58,619 nt of DNA, taken from positions 1-58,619 of the forward strand of contig JAFGGM010000071.1 in assembly GCA_016930555.1 (NCBI GenBank). The letters run 5' to 3'. Origin of the DNA: Candidatus Bathyarchaeum sp. (GTDB taxonomy: Archaea; Thermoproteota; Bathyarchaeia; Bathyarchaeales; Bathyarchaeaceae). The notes beneath the pieces are model-generated. The model was not told the DNA's origin, did not search any database, and was given only the letters and a program-made list of their open reading frames with translations. The position numbers were made by a program, and so were the translations under genes. Of the stretch, positions 36,284 to 45,657 are shown one piece after another (position 1 is the first letter of the stretch; every line of letters starts with the position of its first letter).

Positions 36284-36389
36284 CTTACCTGTGAGCGTGT
36301 TGGAAAAAGCTAGCGTCTTCTAGTTGTTGTGAGAAGACATTTTATAGTACGCTTATCCCTTCATTTTTCTCGAAAACGTCAGTGATTCT

Positions 36390-37664
36390 ATGATACATGA
36401 AATCAGTGATTCAATCCGAAATCATGACGATGGAGATTTTCTTTATCCTTGCTATGAGGAGAACTGCATTTCAAACATTCCAGGAACCCTACTGGGCTTG
36501 TTCAGCGTTAATACTAATTTAAGTAAGCTTCCGGTTGTGAGCAATGAAGTTCAAGCTGAAAAAGTTGTGCTTCTGGTTTTAGATGGTTTTGGATATAGCC
36601 AGTTTCTGCGCTACTACAGAAACAACGCGTTTTTGGGGAAGCTTGCTGAAGAAAGTGATGTTTTTCCTTTAACAAGCGTTTTTCCTTCACAAACAACTAA
36701 TGCTCTCACAACATTGAACACGGGTTTAACCCCCCAAGAACATGGGCTTTTTGAGTACTATCTTTATCTCAAGGAGGTCGACATGATAGTTAATACTCTC
36801 CGTTTTGAGCCGCTAGGGTCAAAGCGACCAAATGAGCTTGTGGAAAAAGGATTCAGCCCAGACATTTTGTTTAAGGGAAAAAACCTTCAAACGACTTTAA
36901 AAGAAGCAGGCGTAAATTCATTCACTCACATCTACTCTGCATATGCTTACAGCGCCAACTCTTCCGTGCTCTTCAAGAACAGTACACTTGTGCCATCTTT
37001 AAGGTCATCAGACCTAACTGTTACGTTAAGGAAGACATTGGAAAAACAAATTGGACCCGCCTACTTTTTTGTGCACTTCAGCTCCTTAGACATGATTTCT
37101 CATGAATATGGACCAACTAGCGAAGAATACTCCACAGAGTTGTCTGTGATCTCTTATTTGCTAAACAAAGAGTTGATAGAAAAAATCGACCCGAAGACCG
37201 CTAAAGAGACCCTAATTGTAGCAACCGCAGACCATGGGGGAGTAAACGTTGTTCCCGAAGAGACAACATTTCTCGACAGGTTCCCTGATGTTATAGCGAA
37301 CCTAGAGTGTGGTAAGTCTGGGCAGCATATTTTGCCTACGGGAAGTCACCGAGACCTTTTTCTTCATATCAAAGAGGAAAAGCTGGCAGAAACGAAAGAA
37401 CTACTATCAGAACATATTGGTGCCAAAGCGCAGATTGTTGAAACTAAAGAGGCAATCAACAGTGGTCTGTTTGGGTTAGGAAACGTAAGCTGTCAGTTCC
37501 TTGATAGGGCTGGAAATCTTTTGATTCTGCCTTATGGAAACGAAACAGTCTGGTTTGATCACTTCAAGGATTTCAGGTATAATCCTGTTGGTCAACACGG
37601 TGGACTAAACAAAGACGAAATGCTTGTACCCTTTACCGTATGCAGACTTAGCGACCTGAAATAA
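36390..37664 (+). CDS. alkaline-phosphatase superfamily protein (type I phosphodiesterase/nucleotide pyrophosphatase-like)
   Basis: 424 aa. VVLLVLDGFGYSQF, nucleophile region TSVFPSQTTNALTTLNTGLTPQEHG, metal ligands ATADHGG and GQHGGL. Confidence 0.8.
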   Translation: MIHEISDSIRNHDDGDFLYPCYEENCISNIPGTLLGLFSVNTNLSKLPVVSNEVQAEKVVLLVLDGFGYSQFLRYYRNNAFLGKLAEESDVFPLTSVFPSQTTNALTTLNTGLTPQEHGLFEYYLYLKEVDMIVNTLRFEPLGSKRPNELVEKGFSPDILFKGKNLQTTLKEAGVNSFTHIYSAYAYSANSSVLFKNSTLVPSLRSSDLTVTLRKTLEKQIGPAYFFVHFSSLDMISHEYGPTSEEYSTELSVISYLLNKELIEKIDPKTAKETLIVATADHGGVNVVPEETTFLDRFPDVIANLECGKSGQHILPTGSHRDLFLHIKEEKLAETKELLSEHIGAKAQIVETKEAINSGLFGLGNVSCQFLDRAGNLLILPYGNETVWFDHFKDFRYNPVGQHGGLNKDEMLVPFTVCRLSDLK

Positions 37665-37697
37665 ACACACAATAAATGTGAGAAGCCTGATTGCTGT

Positions 37698-38366
37698 TTA
37701 GGCTGTTTTTCTTCTTGCCTCTGTTATAAGGTCTGTTAGGGCTGCGAAGGCTTTGCTCACGTCCTCCATGGCTAGGACGATTATGGTTTCTGTGTAACAG
37801 CTCATGGTCTCTTCAATGTTGATGTGGCGCCGCGAAACTGCATTGTAAAAAGCCTGCACACATCCTGGAGTGGACGTTATCTCATCTGGGCTACGGATGA
37901 TGACTGTTGCTAGATTCTGTTTCTGGTCAACCACATCCGTTTTGTCGAAGATCGAACTGATTTTGCTGAAGGAATATAGGTCAGAGATTAACGTGACAAC
38001 CGAGTTTCCTTCTATGACTTGAAGAAATTCGCCTGAAAAGGTTGCCAAAGTTTTTCGTATCTGCTCCAGATTCTTTTTTGTTCTGTCAACCGAAACCTTT
38101 GCCATGTCAGTTCGGATGTTTAAGCCGCTTCCCGCAACTACCCGCGTTATTTTTCCTTGCAAGATTGTGTAGTTTGCTTTAGCTCGTTTTACTGACGTTA
38201 TGACGCTTTCAAGATTAACTTCTTCGCTGTCAACGGCTTCTTTGACTTTGGGGAGGAGCATTCTGGCTATTGCGCTGTAATTTCCGTAGTCTCTTTGCAG
38301 AGCATCCTGTAGGGAGAGGTCTTCGTCTATGAGGTTTTGGACTGTTTTAGAGATTGAATTGACCAT
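37698..38366 (-). CDS. ACT-domain protein, putative amino-acid-responsive regulator (COG2150-like)
   Basis: 222 aa. C-terminal ACT-like STPGCVQAFYNAVSRRHINIEETMSCYTETIIVLAMEDVSKAFAALTDLI. Divergent from argG. Confidence 0.5.
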   Translation of the reverse strand: MVNSISKTVQNLIDEDLSLQDALQRDYGNYSAIARMLLPKVKEAVDSEEVNLESVITSVKRAKANYTILQGKITRVVAGSGLNIRTDMAKVSVDRTKKNLEQIRKTLATFSGEFLQVIEGNSVVTLISDLYSFSKISSIFDKTDVVDQKQNLATVIIRSPDEITSTPGCVQAFYNAVSRRHINIEETMSCYTETIIVLAMEDVSKAFAALTDLITEARRKTA

Positions 38367-38404
38367 TTTTGGTCACATTTATCTGTTTTGTTAGAATATT
38401 GACC

Positions 38405-38418
38405 AAAATCTATATAAG
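38405..38418 (+). promoter_or_regulatory. putative BRE/TATA element of the arg-car operon
   Basis: AAAATCTATATAAG about 38 nt upstream of ATG 38455. Confidence 0.4.
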
Positions 38419-38454
38419 CTTTCCCGAAATATCAACCACAAACTGGGAACCACA

Positions 38455-39666
38455 ATGAAAAACAAGGTAATATTAGCTTACAGTGGCGGACTAGACACAT
38501 CCGTTCTCATAAAATGGCTACAAGAAAACCATGACGTAGATGTCATAACATTCACAATGGAGCTAGGGCAACAAATCGACTTAAAACAGGTCGCAGAAAA
38601 AGCCCACAGCCTAAGCGTAAAAAATCACTACTCAGTTGACGGCACAGAAGAGTTCGTCCTCAAACACGTATTTCCAGCTATAAAAGCAAACGCCCTATAT
38701 GAAGGAAAATATCCCATGGCAACAGCCCTAGGACGCCCTCTCATAGCAAAAAAATTGGTCGAAATCGCACAAAAAGAAAATGCTATAGCAGTAGTCCATG
38801 GCTGCACAGGAAAAGGTAACGATCAGGTACGCTTCGACGTCACAGTAAAGGCTCTTGCCCCAGACCTGAAGGTTATGGCTCCAGTTAGGGAGTGGGGGAT
38901 GTCAAGAAAAGAAGAAATAAAATACGCAAAAGAAAAAGGAATCAGCATTCCTCATTTATCCGATCCCTATAGTATAGACCAAAACCTCTGGGGACGCTCC
39001 ATAGAATGCGGACATTTAGAAAATGCGGACCAAGAGCCGTTGGAAGAAATCTACGAATTAACCATCTCCCCTGAAGATGCACCAGACAAATCCGAGTACG
39101 TGACAATCAAGTTTGAGGCTGGCTGCCCAGTTGCACTGAACGGAAAAGAAATGAAGCCCGTAGCTTTGATTGAGAAACTTAACGAGATTGCGGGCAAACA
39201 TGGAGTTGGACGCGTCGACCATATCGAAGACAGGCTTGTGGGCATAAAATCAAGGGAAATCTACGAATCCCCAGCCGCTGAAGTGCTGATGGAAGCCCAC
39301 AAAGACCTCGAAAAGATGGTTTTGACTCGCCATGAACTTGAATTCAAGAAGCTAATAGACGAAAAGTGGACTCAACTCGTTTATACAGGCTTGTGGATAG
39401 ACCCCCTAAGGGAAGCCCTAGAAGCTTTCATAGACAAGACTCAGGAACGGGTCTGTGGCGAAGTGAAAATGAAACTGTACAAGGGACGCTGCTGGGCTGT
39501 GGCACGCTCCTCGCCAATGTCTCTATACAACAAGAACTTGGCAACCTATGAAGTGGAAACAGACTTCAACCAAGCCTACGCTGAAGGCTTCATAGAACTG
39601 TGGGGACTGCCCACAAAAGTAGCTAACATACTGAAAGAGAAGGTGAAAAAAGAAAAACAATGCTAA
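38455..39666 (+). CDS. argG: argininosuccinate synthase
   Basis: 403 aa. VILAYSGGLDTSV, HGCTGKGNDQVRF, IKSREIYE. Confidence 0.95.
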   Translation: MKNKVILAYSGGLDTSVLIKWLQENHDVDVITFTMELGQQIDLKQVAEKAHSLSVKNHYSVDGTEEFVLKHVFPAIKANALYEGKYPMATALGRPLIAKKLVEIAQKENAIAVVHGCTGKGNDQVRFDVTVKALAPDLKVMAPVREWGMSRKEEIKYAKEKGISIPHLSDPYSIDQNLWGRSIECGHLENADQEPLEEIYELTISPEDAPDKSEYVTIKFEAGCPVALNGKEMKPVALIEKLNEIAGKHGVGRVDHIEDRLVGIKSREIYESPAAEVLMEAHKDLEKMVLTRHELEFKKLIDEKWTQLVYTGLWIDPLREALEAFIDKTQERVCGEVKMKLYKGRCWAVARSSPMSLYNKNLATYEVETDFNQAYAEGFIELWGLPTKVANILKEKVKKEKQC

Positions 39667-39714
39667 AAATAATGCGAAGGGGCTTCCGCTTTTTCATTTT
39701 TGAGGTGAAAAAAG

Positions 39715-41202
39715 TTGTCTAAGTTGTTGCGTGGAGGAAGAATCAGCTCTGCCCGAAAGGATGTGGTGGAATTTACTGCATCAATAAAAAGCGACCAGAA
39801 GTTACTGGAAGCCGTAATCAAAATCAACCAAGCTCACGTAACCATGCTCCTTGAACAACAGATAATCAAACCCTCAACAGCAGCCAAACTTCTAGCAGCC
39901 CTCAATGAAATCGACCCAAAAATGAAGCTGGACCAGACCCTAGAGGACGTTCACTTAGCCGTTGAGGAAGAAATCAACAAAAAAATACCTAAAGATGTTG
40001 CTGGAAACTTGCACATCGCAAAAAGCAGGAACGACCAAGTTGCAACAGCCATAAGGATGGCGCTACGTACAAGCCTTCACGACCTGATAAACCTGATAGT
40101 CACGCTACAGGACTCTCTAATCAAGCTGGCTGAAAAGCACACAGAAACTCTTGTGCCTTCGTATACTCATTTGCATCCTGCACAACCCGTAACTTTTGCC
40201 CACATCCTAGTCAGCTACGTGGATGCACTCCAGAGGAGCATAATGAGGATAAAGGGGGCGCTTCCGCGCATTAACTTGTGTCCTATGGGTGCAGGAGCTA
40301 TAGCAACCACAAGCTTTCCAATTAATAGGGAACGAACCGCAGAACTCCTTGGGTTTAGTGCTGTGCTGGAGAATTCTATAGATGCTGTTGGCAGCCGCGA
40401 CTTTATTCTAGAAACCTTAGCAGATCTCACTATACTTGCCACAGACGTTAGCAGGATTGCTGAAGACCTTATTGTCTGGAGCTCACCCGACTTCGGTATC
40501 ATTGACCTTCCCGAAAGCTTCGCTTTCACAAGCAGCATCATGCCACAGAAAAAGAATCCCGACGTCCTAGAGGTAATCAGGGCAAGGATGAGCCAAATTC
40601 TCGGCAACTTTGTAATATCAGCCACTACGTTGAAGGCTTTGCCCTCAGGCTACAATCTGGACCTCCAGGAGCTCACTCCGAAGCTTTGGGAATCAATTGA
40701 AACGGTTTCAGCTTCATTATATGTGCTTTCTGAGTTAACCATACACCTTAACGTGAACAAGGACGTTTTCAGTAAGGACGTTCTTCATTACTCGACTACG
40801 ACAGAGTTGGCTAATTTGCTTGTAAAGAAGTATGATGTGCCCTTCAGGATGTCCCATAAGATTGTTGGCGCAGTCGTCAAAACCTTGTTGGAGAAGAAAC
40901 TGACCCTTTTAAACCTGAAATCTGAACTGGTAAATAAGACCGCCGAAAATGTTGCGGGAATCACTTTAGCCGTGAAACAGGCAGATATCAAAGACTCCAT
41001 AGACCCCAAAAAGTTTGTTGAAAGCCACAACACCTTGGGCGGTCCAGCTCCAGCAGAAGTCAAGCGGATGCTCAAAAACCGTAAACAGTTAACCGCTCAC
41101 TCAAAAAAGAGCCTCGAAACTCACAAAAAAGGACTAGAGGAGGCTGACCTGAAACTGAAGTCTGCGATTCATAAATACGCGTTAACCAAAATTGAAGATT
41201 AG
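39715..41202 (+). CDS. argH: argininosuccinate lyase
   Basis: 495 aa, TTG start. GGRISSARK, SRNDQVAT, YTHLHPAQP, signature SSIMPQKKNPD. Confidence 0.94.
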   Translation: MSKLLRGGRISSARKDVVEFTASIKSDQKLLEAVIKINQAHVTMLLEQQIIKPSTAAKLLAALNEIDPKMKLDQTLEDVHLAVEEEINKKIPKDVAGNLHIAKSRNDQVATAIRMALRTSLHDLINLIVTLQDSLIKLAEKHTETLVPSYTHLHPAQPVTFAHILVSYVDALQRSIMRIKGALPRINLCPMGAGAIATTSFPINRERTAELLGFSAVLENSIDAVGSRDFILETLADLTILATDVSRIAEDLIVWSSPDFGIIDLPESFAFTSSIMPQKKNPDVLEVIRARMSQILGNFVISATTLKALPSGYNLDLQELTPKLWESIETVSASLYVLSELTIHLNVNKDVFSKDVLHYSTTTELANLLVKKYDVPFRMSHKIVGAVVKTLLEKKLTLLNLKSELVNKTAENVAGITLAVKQADIKDSIDPKKFVESHNTLGGPAPAEVKRMLKNRKQLTAHSKKSLETHKKGLEEADLKLKSAIHKYALTKIED

Positions 41203-41221
41203 AATAGTGTAGGTTAGAACT

Positions 41222-42367
41222 GTGAAAACGAACATCCCGCCCAAAGAAGCTGGTAAAGCTGTTCTCGTTTTAGAAGACGGCTCCATCTTTGTTGGTTACG
41301 GCTTCGGCGCAGCAAAGAAGGTCACAGGCGAATGTGTCTTCTCCACCTCCATGGTCGGATACCCCGAATCATTAACAGACCCCTCCTACAAGGGACAGAT
41401 TCTAACATTCACGTATCCTCTTGTGGGAAACTATGGAGTTCCAACCTATGACAAAGAACATGGAGTCCTCAAATACTTCGAATCAGACGACATTAAAGTA
41501 ACAGGCTTCGTAGTCCACGAGCTATGCAAACATCCTTTCCATTGGGCATCCACCCGAACACTAGATCAGTGGCTCAAAGACGAGGACGTGCCTGGAATAT
41601 ACGGAATCGACACGCGTCAACTCACAAAAAAGCTCCGAGTCAAAGGCGTCATGCTAGGCATCCTAAAAGTCTGTGAGACAGATGAAGAGCCAGACATGCA
41701 GAAGCTCGTGAAGGAAGTAGAAAATGTTCAGGACCCCAACTTCACAGACCTCGCAAAACAGGTAACGGTGAAGGAGCCAGTTCGTTATGAGGGTGGAGGT
41801 AACAAGTTGGCAGTTGTGATTGACTGCGGCGTCAAATACGGCATCCTACGGAACCTGCTACGAAGAGGCTTTAATGTAGTGCGGGTGCCTCATGATTTTT
41901 CGGCGGAGCAGATTCTGGACTTTAAGCCTGACGGCGTCATGATAAGTAATGGTCCTGGAGACCCTAAACAGTGTGTCAAAACTGTTGAAGCTATCAGGGA
42001 GCTGCTAGACAGGGACCTGCCCATGATGGGGGTGTGTCTTGGCACTCAAATTTTGGCTTTGGCTGTGGGAGGTGACACTTACAAGCTGAAGTATGGTCAT
42101 CGTTCCCAGAATCAGCCTGCTCTAGATTTGGAGACAGGACGCTGCTACATTACCACCCAGAATCATGGGTACACAGTGCAAAGGGACTCACTAAAAGACA
42201 CAGGCTTGACGGAGTGGTTCATGAACGCCAACGACAAAACAGTTGAAGGCGTAAAACATGAAACCAAACCAGCTTTTGCCCTACAGTGGCATCCAGAAGC
42301 ATCGCCCGGGCCATATGACACAGAATTCCTTTTTGATAGATTCCAAAAACTTGTGGAGGCGAAATAA
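41222..42367 (+). CDS. carA: carbamoyl-phosphate synthase small (glutaminase) subunit
   Basis: 381 aa, GTG start. TDPSYKGQILTFTYPLVGNYG, nucleophile GVCLGTQIL, WHPEASPGP. Confidence 0.94.
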   Translation: MKTNIPPKEAGKAVLVLEDGSIFVGYGFGAAKKVTGECVFSTSMVGYPESLTDPSYKGQILTFTYPLVGNYGVPTYDKEHGVLKYFESDDIKVTGFVVHELCKHPFHWASTRTLDQWLKDEDVPGIYGIDTRQLTKKLRVKGVMLGILKVCETDEEPDMQKLVKEVENVQDPNFTDLAKQVTVKEPVRYEGGGNKLAVVIDCGVKYGILRNLLRRGFNVVRVPHDFSAEQILDFKPDGVMISNGPGDPKQCVKTVEAIRELLDRDLPMMGVCLGTQILALAVGGDTYKLKYGHRSQNQPALDLETGRCYITTQNHGYTVQRDSLKDTGLTEWFMNANDKTVEGVKHETKPAFALQWHPEASPGPYDTEFLFDRFQKLVEAK

Positions 42368-45300
42368 GCTGCCCAAGTTTAAGTGGATAAAAAAGGTAAT
42401 TGTCTTGGGCAGCGGCGCCATTAAAATTGGGGAAGCTGCAGAATTCGACTATTCTGGAAGCCAGTGCCTAAAGGCTCTTCGTGAGGAAGGAATAGAAACT
42501 GTTCTGGTTAACCCTAACATTGCCACAATCCAAACTGATCCTCGGCTAGCAGGCAAAGTTTACCTTCTGCCAGTAACGCCCGAGTTTGTGGAAGAGGTCA
42601 TCGTAAAGGAGCGACCAGATGCTATCATGTTAAGTTTTGGAGGACAAACTGCCCTGAACTGTGGTGTCCAGCTTGCAAAAAGTGGCGTTCTCGAGAAGTA
42701 TGGTGTCAAAGTTTTGGGAACTCCTGTTCAGACTATAGAAGACACTGAAGACAGGGAACTGTTTCGTCGGTCCATGATTAAAGCTGATGTGGGTATCGCC
42801 AAAAGCAAAGTTGCAAGTAGCTTGAAGGAAGCTCTTGAGGTTGGCAGGGAAATTGGTTATCCTGTTATTGTTCGTGTGGCTTACACTTTGGGGGGCAAGG
42901 GCTCAGGTGTAGCCCATAACGAAGACGAACTAAGTGACATTGTCTGCCGGGCTTTGGGTATGAGCATGATTTCTCAGGTGCTGATTGAAGAATATTTGGG
43001 GCACTGGAAAGAGGTTGAATATGAGGTTATGCGGGACTACGATGACAACTGCATAATTGTATGTAATATGGAAAACTTTGACCCCATGGGAGTCCACACA
43101 GGTGACTCAATAGTCGTTGCCCCCAGCCAAACACTGTCAAACCGCGAATACCACATTCTCCGTTCAGCTTCCATCAAAGCAATACGCAGTCTAGGAGTCA
43201 TCGGCGAATGCAACATCCAATGGGCGCTAGACACCAAATCCGAGGAAATTCGTGCCATAGAAGTCAACGCTCGGTTGTCACGAAGCTCAGCTCTAGCAAG
43301 CAAAGCCACAGGATACCCCATTGCCTACATTGCAGCTAAACTCTGCATCGGTTACACGTTGCCAGAGCTGCAGAACAAGGTCACCCACATAACAACAGCA
43401 TGCTTCGAGCCTGCCCTTGACTACCTTGTAGTCAAGTATCCAAGGTGGGATCTGCAAAAGTTCAGGAACGTGAACCGCCATATTGGTCCCCAGATGAAGT
43501 CTGTGGGCGAGGTTATGGGCATCGGAAGATGCTTCGAGGAAGCGCTACAGAAAGCTATTCGCATGCTGGACATTGGCAAGCTGGGTCTGGTCTGCAATCC
43601 CGACGAGGATGAGCCTGAAACTTTAGAGACGCTGGAGGATGCTTTGGCGCATCCCACAGATCAACGTTTATACATAATAGTTAAAGCCCTAAAACAGGGA
43701 ATGTCCATAGAAAACATCTACGAATTAAGCGGCGTCGACCCCTTCTTCCTCCACAAAATCCAAAATGCCATCAACATGCAAGAAATGCTATCCTCAATTA
43801 GCCAACAAGACAGCCGCTTCCTAGAAATCCTCAGAGAAGCCAAACGCATAGGCTTTTCAGACAAGCAGATTGCAGTTTGCCGGAGCACAGACGAGTTTGC
43901 CATACGGAAAATTAGGAAAGAGGCTAACATTGTTCCTGCTGTTAAGCAGATTGATACTCTTGCTGCTGAGTGGCCAGCGAAAACAAACTACTTGTATTTG
44001 ACTTATGGAGGAACCGAGGATGATATCGAGTTTTCCTCAAGCAACATGAAGGTCATTGTTTTGGGTGCGGGGGTCTTCAGGATTGGCTCCAGTGTAGAGT
44101 TTGACTGGTGCGGGGTCAATACCATATGGGCACTCAAAAAGAATGGTGTCGACGAGGCCATAATGGTTAACTATAATCCTGAAACGGTTTCAACAGATTA
44201 CGACATGAGTGACAAGCTCTATTTCGAGGAGTTGACTCTGGAGAGAATCTTGGACATTTATGACAAGGAGCAGGCCTTCGGTGTCATAGCCAGTGTGGGC
44301 GGACAAATACCCAACAACTTGGCGCTTAAGTTGTCTAATCAGGGAGTTGACTTGCTGGGAACATCAGGCGAAAGCATCGATCAGGCAGAAGACCGAGCAA
44401 AATTCAGTGCTCTTCTTGACCAGCTTGGAATTCCTCAGCCAGAATGGAGAGACCTAACAAGAACCAGTGACATCAAAAAGTTCGCCCAGAAGGTTGGGTA
44501 TCCAGTTCTTATTCGTCCCAGCTACGTGCTGTCAGGCAGTGCCATGCGGGTCGCTTACACTGAAACTGAACTGGCAGATTACCTTAAGTTAGCTGCAAAA
44601 GTTTCACGGGATCATCCTGCCGTAATCTCCAAGTTTATCGAGAACGCAAAAGAGGTTGAGGTTGACGGAGTCTACGATGGTGAAGACAACATCATAGGCG
44701 CCATCATCGAGCATGTTGAGAATGCTGGAGTTCACAGCGGCGACGCAACGATGGGAATTCCATCGTTGACGTTGGACAGTGACGTGCTGCGTACTGTTCA
44801 GGATTACACTCACAAGATAGTTGAAGCCCTTGAAATCAGGGGACCATACAACATACAGTACCTGGTTAAGGATGGCGTAACCTACGTTATCGAATGCAAC
44901 CTCAGGGCTTCCCGTTCTATGCCTTACGTGAGCAAAACCCGTGGAGTCAACATGATAGAGCTCGCTACACTATCGATGCTGGGCAAAAAATTCAAGGATT
45001 CGGGCTTCACCGAGTTGCCCGCCATCACCCACTTCGGTGTGAAGGTTCCCCAGTTCAGTTTTATGCGTTTAAGTGGAGCTGACCCTGTGCTGGGGGTTGA
45101 AATGCTGAGCACCGGAGAAGTAGCGTGTCTAGGAGAAAACTTTCAAGATGCCTTGTCCAAGGCTATGCAGTCTGCAGAGTTCAAGATGCCGCCTGAAGGC
45201 GGGTCTGTGCTAATTACTGTTGGCGGAAAGAAACTGAAGGAGCAGATTGTGCCTATTGGTCGGGCGTTAAGGAATATGGGTTTTAAAATCTTTGCAACAA

Positions 45301-45644
45301 AGAATACTGCTGAGGTGCTGCGGAACGAGGGAGTAAACCAGATTTCTGTGTTGCATAAGGTCAGGGAAAAAGGTCAGACTCCCAACATTGTTGATTTTCT
45401 TCAGGAAGGCAAAATCGATTTGGTAATTAACATACCTATGCCTAACCATCTGGTCGCCTTCTCGGAGGTTCTGAAGGACGAATACACAATACGCAGATTA
45501 GCCATAGAATTCAACATCCCAGTTGTAACAAATCTTCAGTTGGCATCAGCATTAACCAAGTTGCTGGAACAACAGGAAGCAAACAAGTTTGACATTCGCT
45601 CCTTAAACGAGTATATGGATAGCCTGCCACGGAAATTCTGGTAA
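42351..45644 (+). CDS. carB: carbamoyl-phosphate synthase large subunit
   Basis: KKVIVLGSGAIKIGEAAEFDYSGSQ. Two ATP-grasp halves (second: KVIVLGAGVFRIGSSVEFDWC). C-terminal MGS-like domain. No ATG start; TTG 42351 or CTG 42369. The track start 42258 is an extension into carA. Confidence 0.92.
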   Translation: MWRRNKLPKFKWIKKVIVLGSGAIKIGEAAEFDYSGSQCLKALREEGIETVLVNPNIATIQTDPRLAGKVYLLPVTPEFVEEVIVKERPDAIMLSFGGQTALNCGVQLAKSGVLEKYGVKVLGTPVQTIEDTEDRELFRRSMIKADVGIAKSKVASSLKEALEVGREIGYPVIVRVAYTLGGKGSGVAHNEDELSDIVCRALGMSMISQVLIEEYLGHWKEVEYEVMRDYDDNCIIVCNMENFDPMGVHTGDSIVVAPSQTLSNREYHILRSASIKAIRSLGVIGECNIQWALDTKSEEIRAIEVNARLSRSSALASKATGYPIAYIAAKLCIGYTLPELQNKVTHITTACFEPALDYLVVKYPRWDLQKFRNVNRHIGPQMKSVGEVMGIGRCFEEALQKAIRMLDIGKLGLVCNPDEDEPETLETLEDALAHPTDQRLYIIVKALKQGMSIENIYELSGVDPFFLHKIQNAINMQEMLSSISQQDSRFLEILREAKRIGFSDKQIAVCRSTDEFAIRKIRKEANIVPAVKQIDTLAAEWPAKTNYLYLTYGGTEDDIEFSSSNMKVIVLGAGVFRIGSSVEFDWCGVNTIWALKKNGVDEAIMVNYNPETVSTDYDMSDKLYFEELTLERILDIYDKEQAFGVIASVGGQIPNNLALKLSNQGVDLLGTSGESIDQAEDRAKFSALLDQLGIPQPEWRDLTRTSDIKKFAQKVGYPVLIRPSYVLSGSAMRVAYTETELADYLKLAAKVSRDHPAVISKFIENAKEVEVDGVYDGEDNIIGAIIEHVENAGVHSGDATMGIPSLTLDSDVLRTVQDYTHKIVEALEIRGPYNIQYLVKDGVTYVIECNLRASRSMPYVSKTRGVNMIELATLSMLGKKFKDSGFTELPAITHFGVKVPQFSFMRLSGADPVLGVEMLSTGEVACLGENFQDALSKAMQSAEFKMPPEGGSVLITVGGKKLKEQIVPIGRALRNMGFKIFATKNTAEVLRNEGVNQISVLHKVREKGQTPNIVDFLQEGKIDLVINIPMPNHLVAFSEVLKDEYTIRRLAIEFNIPVVTNLQLASALTKLLEQQEANKFDIRSLNEYMDSLPRKFW

Positions 45645-45657
45645 ACAAATGAGGTTT

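Noticed and set aside
35211-36389. Integrated mobile element next to tRNA-Pro
   Set aside because: I found no integrase or transposase, no duplicated tRNA 3' segment (att-like direct repeat) in the window, and no obvious compositional break.
42258-42350. N-terminal extension of carB proposed by the track (start 42258)
   Set aside because: It overlaps the conserved C-terminus of carA by 110 nt in another frame. The CarB homology starts at …KKVIVLGSG, so it is a stop-to-stop artefact.
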